A stretch of 64,000 bases of DNA from Bacillota bacterium (GCA_011048995.1 DSCS01000064.1:7864-71863), one strand, 5' to 3'; shown: positions 37,023 through 45,007, counted from the stretch's first letter. Numbers and translations are program-made. Notes: generated by a model from the sequence alone, not told the origin.

Positions 37023-38350
37023 GCCCGCAAAGCATTCCTTTACAGTATGATACCTTTAAGAAAACAGTGGAAAATATCACCCTTCTGGAGAAGACCGGAA
37101 CCCTTGAAGTCGTCAACCGGGCCAATAGCCGCTCCTACTTTTTTTACATAAAAAAAGGAGAGATCATCTACATTGAGGAGCATCCTGTCCGTCTGGAAAA
37201 CAGGATCGGTGATTACCTCCTCAAACAGGGACTTATCAATGAGGAGCAACTCCGCCAGGCATTGGGAAAACAAAAAACGAATAAATATGAATTTTTGGGA
37301 GATCTGCTCCTGAAAGAAGGCTTTATTTCTCCCACGGAACTTCTGCAAAGCCTTACCCATCAAATTGAAAACGTTCTTTTTCTTATTTCACTTATCACCG
37401 ACGGCTTTTTTACTTTTGCTGAAGGCGATACCCCTGAAAGAATGCCTCAAATCCCTTATACGATTACTCTGAGCAATCTTCTTATGATTTTCCTCAACTC
37501 TTCTGAGATCATTGTCAAGATGCCTTTTCTGAAAGAGACCTTGAACCTGGGCTTTCAGGTGGACAAAGTCGCTGTCAACATCAACAAACTCAATCCCATG
37601 GAACAGTGGATCGTCGATGCCCTGCGCAGAGGCGCTACGGTGTTCGCTATTCTCGACCAGGCGAAAAATACCAACTACATCACCCTGATGTCTGTTATCT
37701 ACAGCCTCTATGACCGGAATATTATCAGAAACCCGGAACCCCAAGATTCTCCGGGGAAACAACCCCCTCCCCCCGGGCCTCTTCGACCGGGAAGAGAGTC
37801 TTCTTTTCCCAAGACATTCCCCGCTGACACTCCACCACCCCCAAAACTCCCGAAAGAAGAAAAAAAACGTCTTCCCTCCGAGCCCATCGAATTTGTCTAC
37901 AGGTCCGAACCGGAACCCTACCCGTCTAAACCCAAACAACAGCCCCAGCCCTCTTCTCAAAAAAATCCTGCAGAAAAGAGCCCTGCCCGGCCGGCCGCAC
38001 GACAGCCACTCCGCCAGACAAAAAAGAAAAAAACATACCGGCCCATGTCTTATGCTTTAGCGGACATTTTATCTTTTCTTGCGGTTCTTGTTTTATTGAT
38101 TCTCTATCTGGGAATGCTTCGCCCTCTGTTTAAAACTCCGGTGACGGAACACTTCCATCTCATGACACCGGAAACACTGGAAGAGGTCAAAATACAGCGC
38201 ACATTGAACATGGGAAAGACACTGACATCAGAAGAACTTCTGGAACGAAAAGACTTTTGGCAAAACTCTTTTTACTCAAAAAAAGGAGAAACCTTTTCCA
38301 GCGGTCCGGACGGAATACCCGATACCCCCGACGATTTTCGGGTCATGTAG
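37019..38350 (+). CDS. DUF4388-type protein with tandem MshEN-like c-di-GMP-binding motifs, Pro-rich linker, TM helix and C-terminal GspG-like pseudopilin module
   Basis: ATGA-coupled to the upstream gene. TGTLEV...FFYIKKGEIIY (DUF4388-like). RIGDYLLKQGLINEEQLRQALGKQ and FLGDLLLKEGFISPTELLQSLTHQ. aa 239-335 are P/K/Q-rich. TM YALADILSFLAVLVLLILYLG. C-terminal DFWQNSFYSKKGETFSSGPDGIPDTPDDF. Confidence 0.7.
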   Translation: MSPQSIPLQYDTFKKTVENITLLEKTGTLEVVNRANSRSYFFYIKKGEIIYIEEHPVRLENRIGDYLLKQGLINEEQLRQALGKQKTNKYEFLGDLLLKEGFISPTELLQSLTHQIENVLFLISLITDGFFTFAEGDTPERMPQIPYTITLSNLLMIFLNSSEIIVKMPFLKETLNLGFQVDKVAVNINKLNPMEQWIVDALRRGATVFAILDQAKNTNYITLMSVIYSLYDRNIIRNPEPQDSPGKQPPPPGPLRPGRESSFPKTFPADTPPPPKLPKEEKKRLPSEPIEFVYRSEPEPYPSKPKQQPQPSSQKNPAEKSPARPAARQPLRQTKKKKTYRPMSYALADILSFLAVLVLLILYLGMLRPLFKTPVTEHFHLMTPETLEEVKIQRTLNMGKTLTSEELLERKDFWQNSFYSKKGETFSSGPDGIPDTPDDFRVM

Positions 38351-39683
38351 GCGGCTTCTTTTCCCGATCATCTTCAATAGGGTTCATATGTCCGGCCATT
38401 TGAACGATTTCCCGTGAAAGTTTTCTTAAGCGTTCCTTCAAAATGACAGGGCAATCATAGATGCTCACGTCTTTTCCGATAATAATATCCTCTGCCAAAT
38501 CATAACAAGTGGGACATCCGCACATCCCGCAATTCAGCTGGGGGAGAAGGCGGTTGACTTCTTCGATCTTCTTCATCTTTTTCAATGCCTCCTTGATATC
38601 ACTATCCAGGGGGCTGATCGGGCGAGGCTTGAGGGGCATCCCGATCGAGCAGATTTCATCCCTGTCAAAGGGAAGGGGGATCTCGGGATTATCGGGTAGT
38701 TCTTCGGCAATCTTCTTGATCCTGTACTCTGCAATAAAAGCATCCTCTTTCGTAAAAACACCCCCGACGCAAGCATTATCACATGAATACATATCCACAA
38801 AATCAATATCCTTGACTTCTCCGTTTTCCAAACGCTCCAAAAACCTGATGGCATTCTGAATCCCATCAATGCGGAGATTGACCGATTCGTTAAACTTATT
38901 CTCCACATCGCCTAAAGCACTCCATCTGAGAGCAAATTTGGACGAAAGAATCGTTTCTTCCAATTCAAAATGCGCAAAATCTTGTTTTTCCATAATACGC
39001 CGGATCTCATTATACATGTCCCCCAGACTGAACACTCCGTTAAAGATCCGCTTCTCTTCCGCTTCAGGCTGATAGATAGCTACAACTTTGGCGGGACAGG
39101 GAGAGAGATAAAAAAGGCCTATCTCATCATCCAAAACCCCTGTTTGCTCTTTATAATTGTGTTTGATGTATTCTCCGGCGACATCCATCAAATTCCTTAA
39201 GGGAAGCAAATGATTGATCAGCGAGGGAAACTTCACCTGGATCAGCCGGACAACAGCCGGGCAATTGGTGGAGATATAGGGGCGGTATATATTTTTTCTG
39301 TCCTTAAGAAAGCTTTTTATAATATCCGAAATAATCACGCCGCCGGTGTCTACTCCTATAATATCGTCAAATCCCAATAATTTAAAAATACCCAGAATCT
39401 TTTTGACATTGTCGAATTTTCGGAATTGACCGAAAAAGACAGGAGAGTAGACTAAAAGTTTGTGTTTATATCCTGAAATCATCTCAAGGGCATCCACTTT
39501 GGCTGAAATGGCCTTCTGTGGACAGACACGCATGCATTCACCGCAATCAATGCATTTGTTTTCCAGGATAACAGCCTTCCCGTGGCGTATGCGCATGGCC
39601 TGTGTAGGGCAGACCCGGAGACAGCGTGTACACCCGTTACAACGGTTCTGATCCACATAAACAGCATGAAAATAATCGGACAT
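38343..39683 (-). CDS. [FeFe]-hydrogenase-like Fe-S protein: 2x[4Fe-4S] ferredoxin + H-cluster-type domain with altered motifs + C-terminal 'putative Fe-S cluster' domain
   Basis: CNGCTRCLRVCP and CIDCGECMRVCP. STNCPAV (vs TSCCP), SPCPAK (vs MPCxxK), MYSCDNACVGG (vs MxCxxGCxxGG). C-terminal CGMCGCPTC...DCP. Confidence 0.75.
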   Translation of the reverse strand: MSDYFHAVYVDQNRCNGCTRCLRVCPTQAMRIRHGKAVILENKCIDCGECMRVCPQKAISAKVDALEMISGYKHKLLVYSPVFFGQFRKFDNVKKILGIFKLLGFDDIIGVDTGGVIISDIIKSFLKDRKNIYRPYISTNCPAVVRLIQVKFPSLINHLLPLRNLMDVAGEYIKHNYKEQTGVLDDEIGLFYLSPCPAKVVAIYQPEAEEKRIFNGVFSLGDMYNEIRRIMEKQDFAHFELEETILSSKFALRWSALGDVENKFNESVNLRIDGIQNAIRFLERLENGEVKDIDFVDMYSCDNACVGGVFTKEDAFIAEYRIKKIAEELPDNPEIPLPFDRDEICSIGMPLKPRPISPLDSDIKEALKKMKKIEEVNRLLPQLNCGMCGCPTCYDLAEDIIIGKDVSIYDCPVILKERLRKLSREIVQMAGHMNPIEDDREKKPPT

Positions 39684-39692
39684 AATAGCTTT

Positions 39693-40136
39693 TTATCCTT
39701 TCTCAATATAAAAGGTCATCGTGACTTCCGTCCCGTTATCGATTTCACTGGCGATCTCCATCTCATCACTGTTGCGTTTCATATTCGGCAGTCCCATACC
39801 TGCTCCAAAGCCCATTTCACGCACTTCAGGACTGGCTGTCGAATACCCCTCTTCCATGGCCTTATCGATATCAGGGATTCCGGGGCCGCGATCTGTTACT
39901 ACGACTTTGACCTTAGACTCATCCATATAAAAAGCGATGGTACCACTGTAGGCATGAGCCACCACATTCAATTCTCCTTCATAGGCCGCCACAAGAACAC
40001 GGCGGATAAAGGTAGGCGGAAGCCCTAATTTTTTCAAATATTCTTTGATCATACCGGAAGATTCTCCTGCATTGAGGAAATCTCCTCCTTTGATTTTAAA
40101 GTCCATCAGCAATTCCATATCTTCGCCCCTAATCAT
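39693..40136 (-). CDS. GHKL-type ATPase, anti-sigma-factor/RsbW-like serine kinase fold
   Basis: 147 aa. N-box-like AAYEGELNVVAHA, G1 TDRGPGIPD, G2 GFGAGMGLPN. The start overlaps the upstream stop by 8 nt. Confidence 0.75.
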   Translation of the reverse strand: MIRGEDMELLMDFKIKGGDFLNAGESSGMIKEYLKKLGLPPTFIRRVLVAAYEGELNVVAHAYSGTIAFYMDESKVKVVVTDRGPGIPDIDKAMEEGYSTASPEVREMGFGAGMGLPNMKRNSDEMEIASEIDNGTEVTMTFYIEKG

Positions 40137-40680
40137 TCAATTGCAGTTCAGCCAATCCGCTTTCGATATCTTCTTCCAGAGCCCCGAGAACCTGAGGAGT
40201 ACTGAGGTCAATATCTCCCATGATTTCCCGGACGATCCGGGTATCAAACTCATATTTGTCTTTCCCTTTTTTCACCATGACATAAAGATCGATTTCGGGA
40301 TGTCCCACAATCAGCGAAATAATCGTGTCTGTCATATTCCCTAAAGGCGGACGGTCAATATGGGAAAGCTTCATGGTCACAGTGACCCGGGTATATGATC
40401 CCTTTTCTGACATAATGGAAAAACCGCCGTCACAAGCCTCTGCGGTCTGAATGAAAAGAGGAATTCCCAGCCCCCACCCTTTGCCTTTTTTTGTGGAAAA
40501 CAACGGGTCCATGGCTTTTCCAATCATCTCTGTATCCATTCCTTTCCCGTTATCCACAACAGTGATCGTAATGGTATCGTTTTGTGTATCAATATCGATA
40601 AATAAATCCAAATGCCAGGCTCCTGCGGCAATGCCGTTTTCCATGATATCCATAATATGCATAGAAAGTTCAGGCATCAT
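40129..40680 (-). CDS. GHKL-type ATPase domain protein with a ~90-aa C-terminal extension
   Basis: MDIMENGIAAGA (N-box), VVDNGKGM (G1), GWGLGIPL (G2). The ATG at 40680/40677 overlaps the PHP gene stop. The track ORF start at 40794 lies inside the PHP gene. Confidence 0.7.
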   Translation of the reverse strand: MMPELSMHIMDIMENGIAAGAWHLDLFIDIDTQNDTITITVVDNGKGMDTEMIGKAMDPLFSTKKGKGWGLGIPLFIQTAEACDGGFSIMSEKGSYTRVTVTMKLSHIDRPPLGNMTDTIISLIVGHPEIDLYVMVKKGKDKYEFDTRIVREIMGDIDLSTPQVLGALEEDIESGLAELQLND

Positions 40681-41407
40681 AGCAGACTCCCCGGCCTTCT
40701 CTGCCTTGTAATGCCATGCGAAACTCTTCAAAGGAAGGTGTTTGCATCTTATATGTTGTAAAAGCGCATCCGACATCTTCCAAAAGATGGGCATCCGAAT
40801 TGGTCACAAAGGGCCAGTGCCCGTATCGGGCATATTTTTTTCTGGCCTGCTCCAGAGACAGATGCCGGGAGATCTCGATCCCGTCGATCTTCGAATCCGA
40901 AGGGATAAATCCCAATTGGGAGATCACACTGTAGGAATCCCTGTCAATGTGTGAAAAAAGCACAACGCCGCCCCGGCCATGCACCTCTTCAATGATTTCT
41001 TCCATTTCCATTTCAACCGATTGCAAAAGTAATTTATCCTCCATTTTGATAATCCGGTCTTCGGCATCTACAACGACCTGATCTCCAAAATATTCCGGAT
41101 TATTTGGAATATCAGGCAGATAGCTGTAAAGAAAATCCCCCATGGCTTCGGCCTTTTCTCGGTTTCCGAAAAGCGTCAGCAAATGAGTTTCCGAAGCGCT
41201 CTGTATTTCCAACCCGAAAAAAAGGGCGATTTTTTCCAGGGCCGCATCCTCCAAAGCCTTCAAATTCCCCGCGCTGTTATGGTCTGCAAGAGCAATAATA
41301 TCCATTTTCTTTTCAAGGGCCTTTTTCACAATCGCCGCGGGGGACATATCCAGCCCCCCGCAAGGCGATAAAACAGAATGAATATGAAGGTCGGCCTTCA
41401 GGTACAT
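40670..41407 (-). CDS. PHP-domain metal-dependent phosphoesterase
   Basis: ADLHIHSVLSPCG, LADHNS, FSHIDR and NSDAH: the four His/Asp-rich PHP motifs. Confidence 0.85.
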   Translation of the reverse strand: MYLKADLHIHSVLSPCGGLDMSPAAIVKKALEKKMDIIALADHNSAGNLKALEDAALEKIALFFGLEIQSASETHLLTLFGNREKAEAMGDFLYSYLPDIPNNPEYFGDQVVVDAEDRIIKMEDKLLLQSVEMEMEEIIEEVHGRGGVVLFSHIDRDSYSVISQLGFIPSDSKIDGIEISRHLSLEQARKKYARYGHWPFVTNSDAHLLEDVGCAFTTYKMQTPSFEEFRMALQGREGRGVCYDA

Positions 41408-41740
41408 CTACTTCACAGAAGGGTAAAGCAAGCCGGCGCAGGTGAAGGCGTCCTTTTCCGTGGCAAAAAGAGGAACGCCGACTTTTTCGGCCGCTTCCAC
41501 AAGCCCGGCCTCCGGCTCCACGCCGTTCACCACTACGATCCCCGCGATATCTTTAGCTGTCGCGACTGCAATCACATTTTTATGACGTTGAATGGTAAAC
41601 CAAAGGCATCCGCTGCAGGCATGGGCCAGGACATCACTCAACAGATCCCCGGCGTAGCCTCCCTGAATCTCTGTTTTTTCCCATTCACACTGTGTCAGGG
41701 GTTTCAACCCCAGTTTATCAGCAGCCTCTTTTAAAGTCAT
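41408..41740 (-). CDS. DRTGG-domain protein
   Basis: 110 aa. GDLLSDVLA, then a nucleotide-binding-like fold I.AV.TAKDIAGIVVVNG and GVPLFAT. It abuts the PHP gene with no intergenic nucleotides. Confidence 0.75.
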   Translation of the reverse strand: MTLKEAADKLGLKPLTQCEWEKTEIQGGYAGDLLSDVLAHACSGCLWFTIQRHKNVIAVATAKDIAGIVVVNGVEPEAGLVEAAEKVGVPLFATEKDAFTCAGLLYPSVK

Positions 41741-41743
41741 CCT

Positions 41744-42112
41744 CTACACCTCACTTGCAGGGCGGTTCTTACACGGGCGTATGCCGTTTTTGTAAAGAAT
41801 GCCGCTTGTTTCAAACATGGTCTTTTTCGTTACGATCATCGGGATATTGAGCCTTTTACGCGCGACTTCCATAACATCATCCGAAGGCTGTTTCCCCCGG
41901 ATGAAGATAATGGCTGTAATCCCTAAAATTTCCGCTACGCGAATGACCTGCAGGGTCACCGTGCCGGTAATCAGTAAAGTATCGCCCTCTGTCAACGCCA
42001 GGACATCGCTCAACAGATCCGCACTGTACGCAGATGAGATCTCAATCTCCAGGTCATGTTCTCCGGCGATCACTTCCCCATCCAGCAAGTCAATTATTTC
42101 CTTGATCTTCAT
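41744..42112 (-). CDS. DRTGG-domain protein
   Basis: 122 aa. ADLLSDVLA, LLITG, ITAIIFIRG, NIPMIVT. Confidence 0.78.
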   Translation of the reverse strand: MKIKEIIDLLDGEVIAGEHDLEIEISSAYSADLLSDVLALTEGDTLLITGTVTLQVIRVAEILGITAIIFIRGKQPSDDVMEVARKRLNIPMIVTKKTMFETSGILYKNGIRPCKNRPASEV

Positions 42113-42127
42113 GGCCGCTCCTTCAGT

Positions 42128-44191
42128 TTATCGTGACAGCATAATAACATCAACGCGTCTGTTATTCGCCCTTCCTTTAGCCGTTTTATTTGTGTCCACA
42201 GGCATATCGGGACCGTAGGCAACAGAGACAATACGGGCAGAGTCGATTCCGCCTGCAACGAGATATTTCTTTACCATCTCAGCACGGTCGCGGGAAAGCT
42301 TCTCATTCACACTCCGGGCCCCTACATTATCAGTATGCCCCTCTACCCGGACAGTAGACTGAGGATAGGAGACCAATGTCGAGATGATTTTATCCAACTC
42401 TTCTTTTTGAGCTGCCGTCAATGTATACGCATTCTCTTCAAAACGAAGGCGCGCCATAAGAAGCATGGCCGGAATCGGAGGCATCTCCTGTGATATGGGC
42501 GGTTCCACCAACTGAGTCGCCTCTACCGGTACCGTTACAATCAAGCTCTCACCCGTATTCCCTGCTCTGTCTGTCAGCCTGGCAAAGATATTAAGGGAAT
42601 CTCCCTTTTCCGGATATGTTCCGTCAGCTAAAATCCCGCTCCATTCAAAACGGTCCTTATGCCCTTCATAAATGATCTCATGAATTGTTTCTGTTCCCTT
42701 GGTGACAACGATTTGAGTCTTTGCGACATCCACGTTTTCATGGGGAGTCACAGTAAAGGTCAATCCCTCCCCGGGTATCAGTTTATCGGGCATCACGTTG
42801 AGTGTGACTTCCAGAGTCTTGGAACGCACGGCGACGAAAGCTTTATTGCTGCTTCCTTTATTTCCGTAACGGTCCTTCACCGTCATCACCGCTGCATATG
42901 TGCCGTCAGGTACCACGGCGCCTTTATTGTCTTTTCCGTCCCAGGTCATAAAGGGCGGAAGGCTCTTTTTGCCTTTGAAACGGCGAACCTCTTTCCCTCC
43001 CTCATCGGTAAGAGACAAGGTCCAGCTCCTGATGATCTCATTGTCTTTGCTTTCTGCCAGGATACGCACCTGGTCTTTGATACCATCTCCGTTGGGAGAA
43101 AGCCATTCGCTTTCCGCCATGATCCGGACAACCGGAGGAATCTTATACGCTGATGCCATGGTCTTCTCTCCTGTATAGGCCAAAGAAAAGGCCATGGATG
43201 AGCCGGTATACTCACCTGCAAGGGCATACCCGGCATTGACTTCGAAACCGCTGAAACGAAACCCCAGTCCGGCTGTGATCTGTCCCTCTCCGTCGTAGAG
43301 AGGATCAGTCAGCGCTCCTTCATAGAGTGCCGCCCCGTCTTTATAAAAAGTGTTCTGCAGATAACCGGCACGAAGGGCTATCTTCTTGTTCAGAAACCAC
43401 TCTTCCGCCCCCACATGCAGGGCCGTGGAATTAGCATGATTCATCAAATAATCAGCTCCCAGAGAAAAGCTGGCGAGGCCCATCAGCTGATGTTCCATCT
43501 TCAAGCCCAAGCCGGCATTGATTCCCATTGTGACATCCATGGGAGCAATAACATCGGTGAGAGTCAACCCCATGTTAAAAGAAGATCCTGACTCATTCAC
43601 CGGAACGACAGCTAACAGGGAAACATCCCCCCCCATCGCTGAATCCACATAAGTATCCGGAGCGGATGAACTCTGATACTCCTCTTCAAGAGAAGGCATG
43701 ATATATTTGCCTGTAAAGGCAAACGCCAAATCAAAACCGCCCATATTGACTTTTCGTGTCAGGGAAAGGGCCGCCATATCAATAATGCAATCGTCGGGAT
43801 CACTTTCATCGATAGCGTTCGTGGCTACATAAGGAAGAAGAAGAGACGTACGGCTTACGGTCACATTGGCTGTAAACCAATCCATCAGCGGAAAGGTCAC
43901 GCCGAAATACATGTTTTTATAAAGGTCAAGATCCGTATTCAATTCTTTCATAAACAGCCCCATGCCGCCGAAGGCATCCACCCCGTAAGAAAAAGCATAT
44001 CCGGCCGGGTTTTGCAGATTTCCGGAGCTCCGGCTCAGCCCGATTCCGGCACCGCCCATCCCTAAAGATGTCGCATCTGTCAGGCCGATACGGCTGTTTT
44101 CATAAAACGCAGAAGCCGGGTTCTCTCCATCAAGCGCCCAGGCAGAAACCCCCAAGGCCAGCATCAAAACGAACATTATGAATCTCTTCAT
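42128..44191 (-). CDS. Outer-membrane protein: N-terminal beta-barrel + two FlgD-Ig-like domains + C-terminal OmpA peptidoglycan-binding domain
   Basis: Signal peptide. Alternating beta-strand pattern to aa ~340. SPNGDGIKD and DGTY motifs (FlgD_ig-like) twice. C-terminus VEGHTDNVG....N..LS..RA..V..YL...G......V.YG...P.......GRA.NRRV. Confidence 0.8.
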   Translation of the reverse strand: MKRFIMFVLMLALGVSAWALDGENPASAFYENSRIGLTDATSLGMGGAGIGLSRSSGNLQNPAGYAFSYGVDAFGGMGLFMKELNTDLDLYKNMYFGVTFPLMDWFTANVTVSRTSLLLPYVATNAIDESDPDDCIIDMAALSLTRKVNMGGFDLAFAFTGKYIMPSLEEEYQSSSAPDTYVDSAMGGDVSLLAVVPVNESGSSFNMGLTLTDVIAPMDVTMGINAGLGLKMEHQLMGLASFSLGADYLMNHANSTALHVGAEEWFLNKKIALRAGYLQNTFYKDGAALYEGALTDPLYDGEGQITAGLGFRFSGFEVNAGYALAGEYTGSSMAFSLAYTGEKTMASAYKIPPVVRIMAESEWLSPNGDGIKDQVRILAESKDNEIIRSWTLSLTDEGGKEVRRFKGKKSLPPFMTWDGKDNKGAVVPDGTYAAVMTVKDRYGNKGSSNKAFVAVRSKTLEVTLNVMPDKLIPGEGLTFTVTPHENVDVAKTQIVVTKGTETIHEIIYEGHKDRFEWSGILADGTYPEKGDSLNIFARLTDRAGNTGESLIVTVPVEATQLVEPPISQEMPPIPAMLLMARLRFEENAYTLTAAQKEELDKIISTLVSYPQSTVRVEGHTDNVGARSVNEKLSRDRAEMVKKYLVAGGIDSARIVSVAYGPDMPVDTNKTAKGRANNRRVDVIMLSR

Positions 44192-44206
44192 AATTCCCCC
44201 TTTCAG

Positions 44207-44998
44207 TCATTTTCCTAAAAGTAATCTTTCAGCTAAAATATATGGTAAAGGCAGTTCGGACAATTTTTTCTGTGTCTTTCTGACATCGTAGTCAATACGG
44301 TAAAGCTGCACGGTTTTTTCTTCGGTATCCCAGATTAAAAAAGAAGGCAGATAATTTCCGTCACGGGGCTGTCCCACACTTCCGGGATTGATAATATAAG
44401 CCGAAAGGTCGTCCAAAACCCATTTCCGGTCTTCAGGCTCCTGCCCGCTCACCCGCTCTCCGTTGACTTTTTTGATATATAAATAGGGCTTATGGGTATG
44501 AGCCACAAAAGTCAGTTTCCCGGTGTGGGGAAATGATTCGCGGGCCATCTCACTTGAATCCAGATAGTACCAATTCTCAGTCATCTGGGGCGTCGAGTGA
44601 TAAAAAGCAGCTCCGTTAAAACGCGCCGAGTAGGGAAAAGACTTGATAAACCGTTGATGAGAGGGGTTTAGCATCTTTTTTGTCCAGATAATAGCTTCAT
44701 ATGCAATGCGGTTAAAATAACTGATATCAGTGAAATTTATGACCGCGGCATCATGATTGCCCATAATCAGGTCTACGGAAAAACCCGACGCCAGAGTCCG
44801 CTCTTCATCGGAAAGGGATACTCCGGGATCTCCTTTCATCGCCATAAACAGTTCCAGGCATTTCACCGGGTCAGGGCCGTATCCCACGACATCTCCCAAG
44901 TAAATAATCCGCCGCACCTTTTCCTGCTGCAGCATCTCTAAAACGCCAACGAATGCTTCAAAATTTCCGTGTATATCGGCCAAGACGGCTATTCGCAT
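44207..44998 (-). CDS. Calcineurin-like metallophosphoesterase (YfcE/MJ0936-type)
   Basis: MRIAVLADIHGN, YLGDVVGYG, GNHD and AHTH motifs. Confidence 0.85.
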   Translation of the reverse strand: MRIAVLADIHGNFEAFVGVLEMLQQEKVRRIIYLGDVVGYGPDPVKCLELFMAMKGDPGVSLSDEERTLASGFSVDLIMGNHDAAVINFTDISYFNRIAYEAIIWTKKMLNPSHQRFIKSFPYSARFNGAAFYHSTPQMTENWYYLDSSEMARESFPHTGKLTFVAHTHKPYLYIKKVNGERVSGQEPEDRKWVLDDLSAYIINPGSVGQPRDGNYLPSFLIWDTEEKTVQLYRIDYDVRKTQKKLSELPLPYILAERLLLGK

Positions 44999-45007
44999 AA
45001 TTCCTCT

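Noticed and set aside
37733-38023. Repetitive-looking C/A-rich stretch that might have been a tandem repeat or array
   Set aside because: It is in frame within the 443-aa ORF and encodes a Pro/Lys/Gln-rich linker. There is no unit-length periodicity or repeat-spacer structure.
38036-38060. Prepilin-peptidase cleavage site ahead of the pseudopilin-like helix
   Set aside because: The -1 position is Ser, not the invariant Gly (..RPMS|YALAD), and the 'leader' would be ~340 aa. The helix is therefore interpreted as an uncleaved internal membrane anchor.
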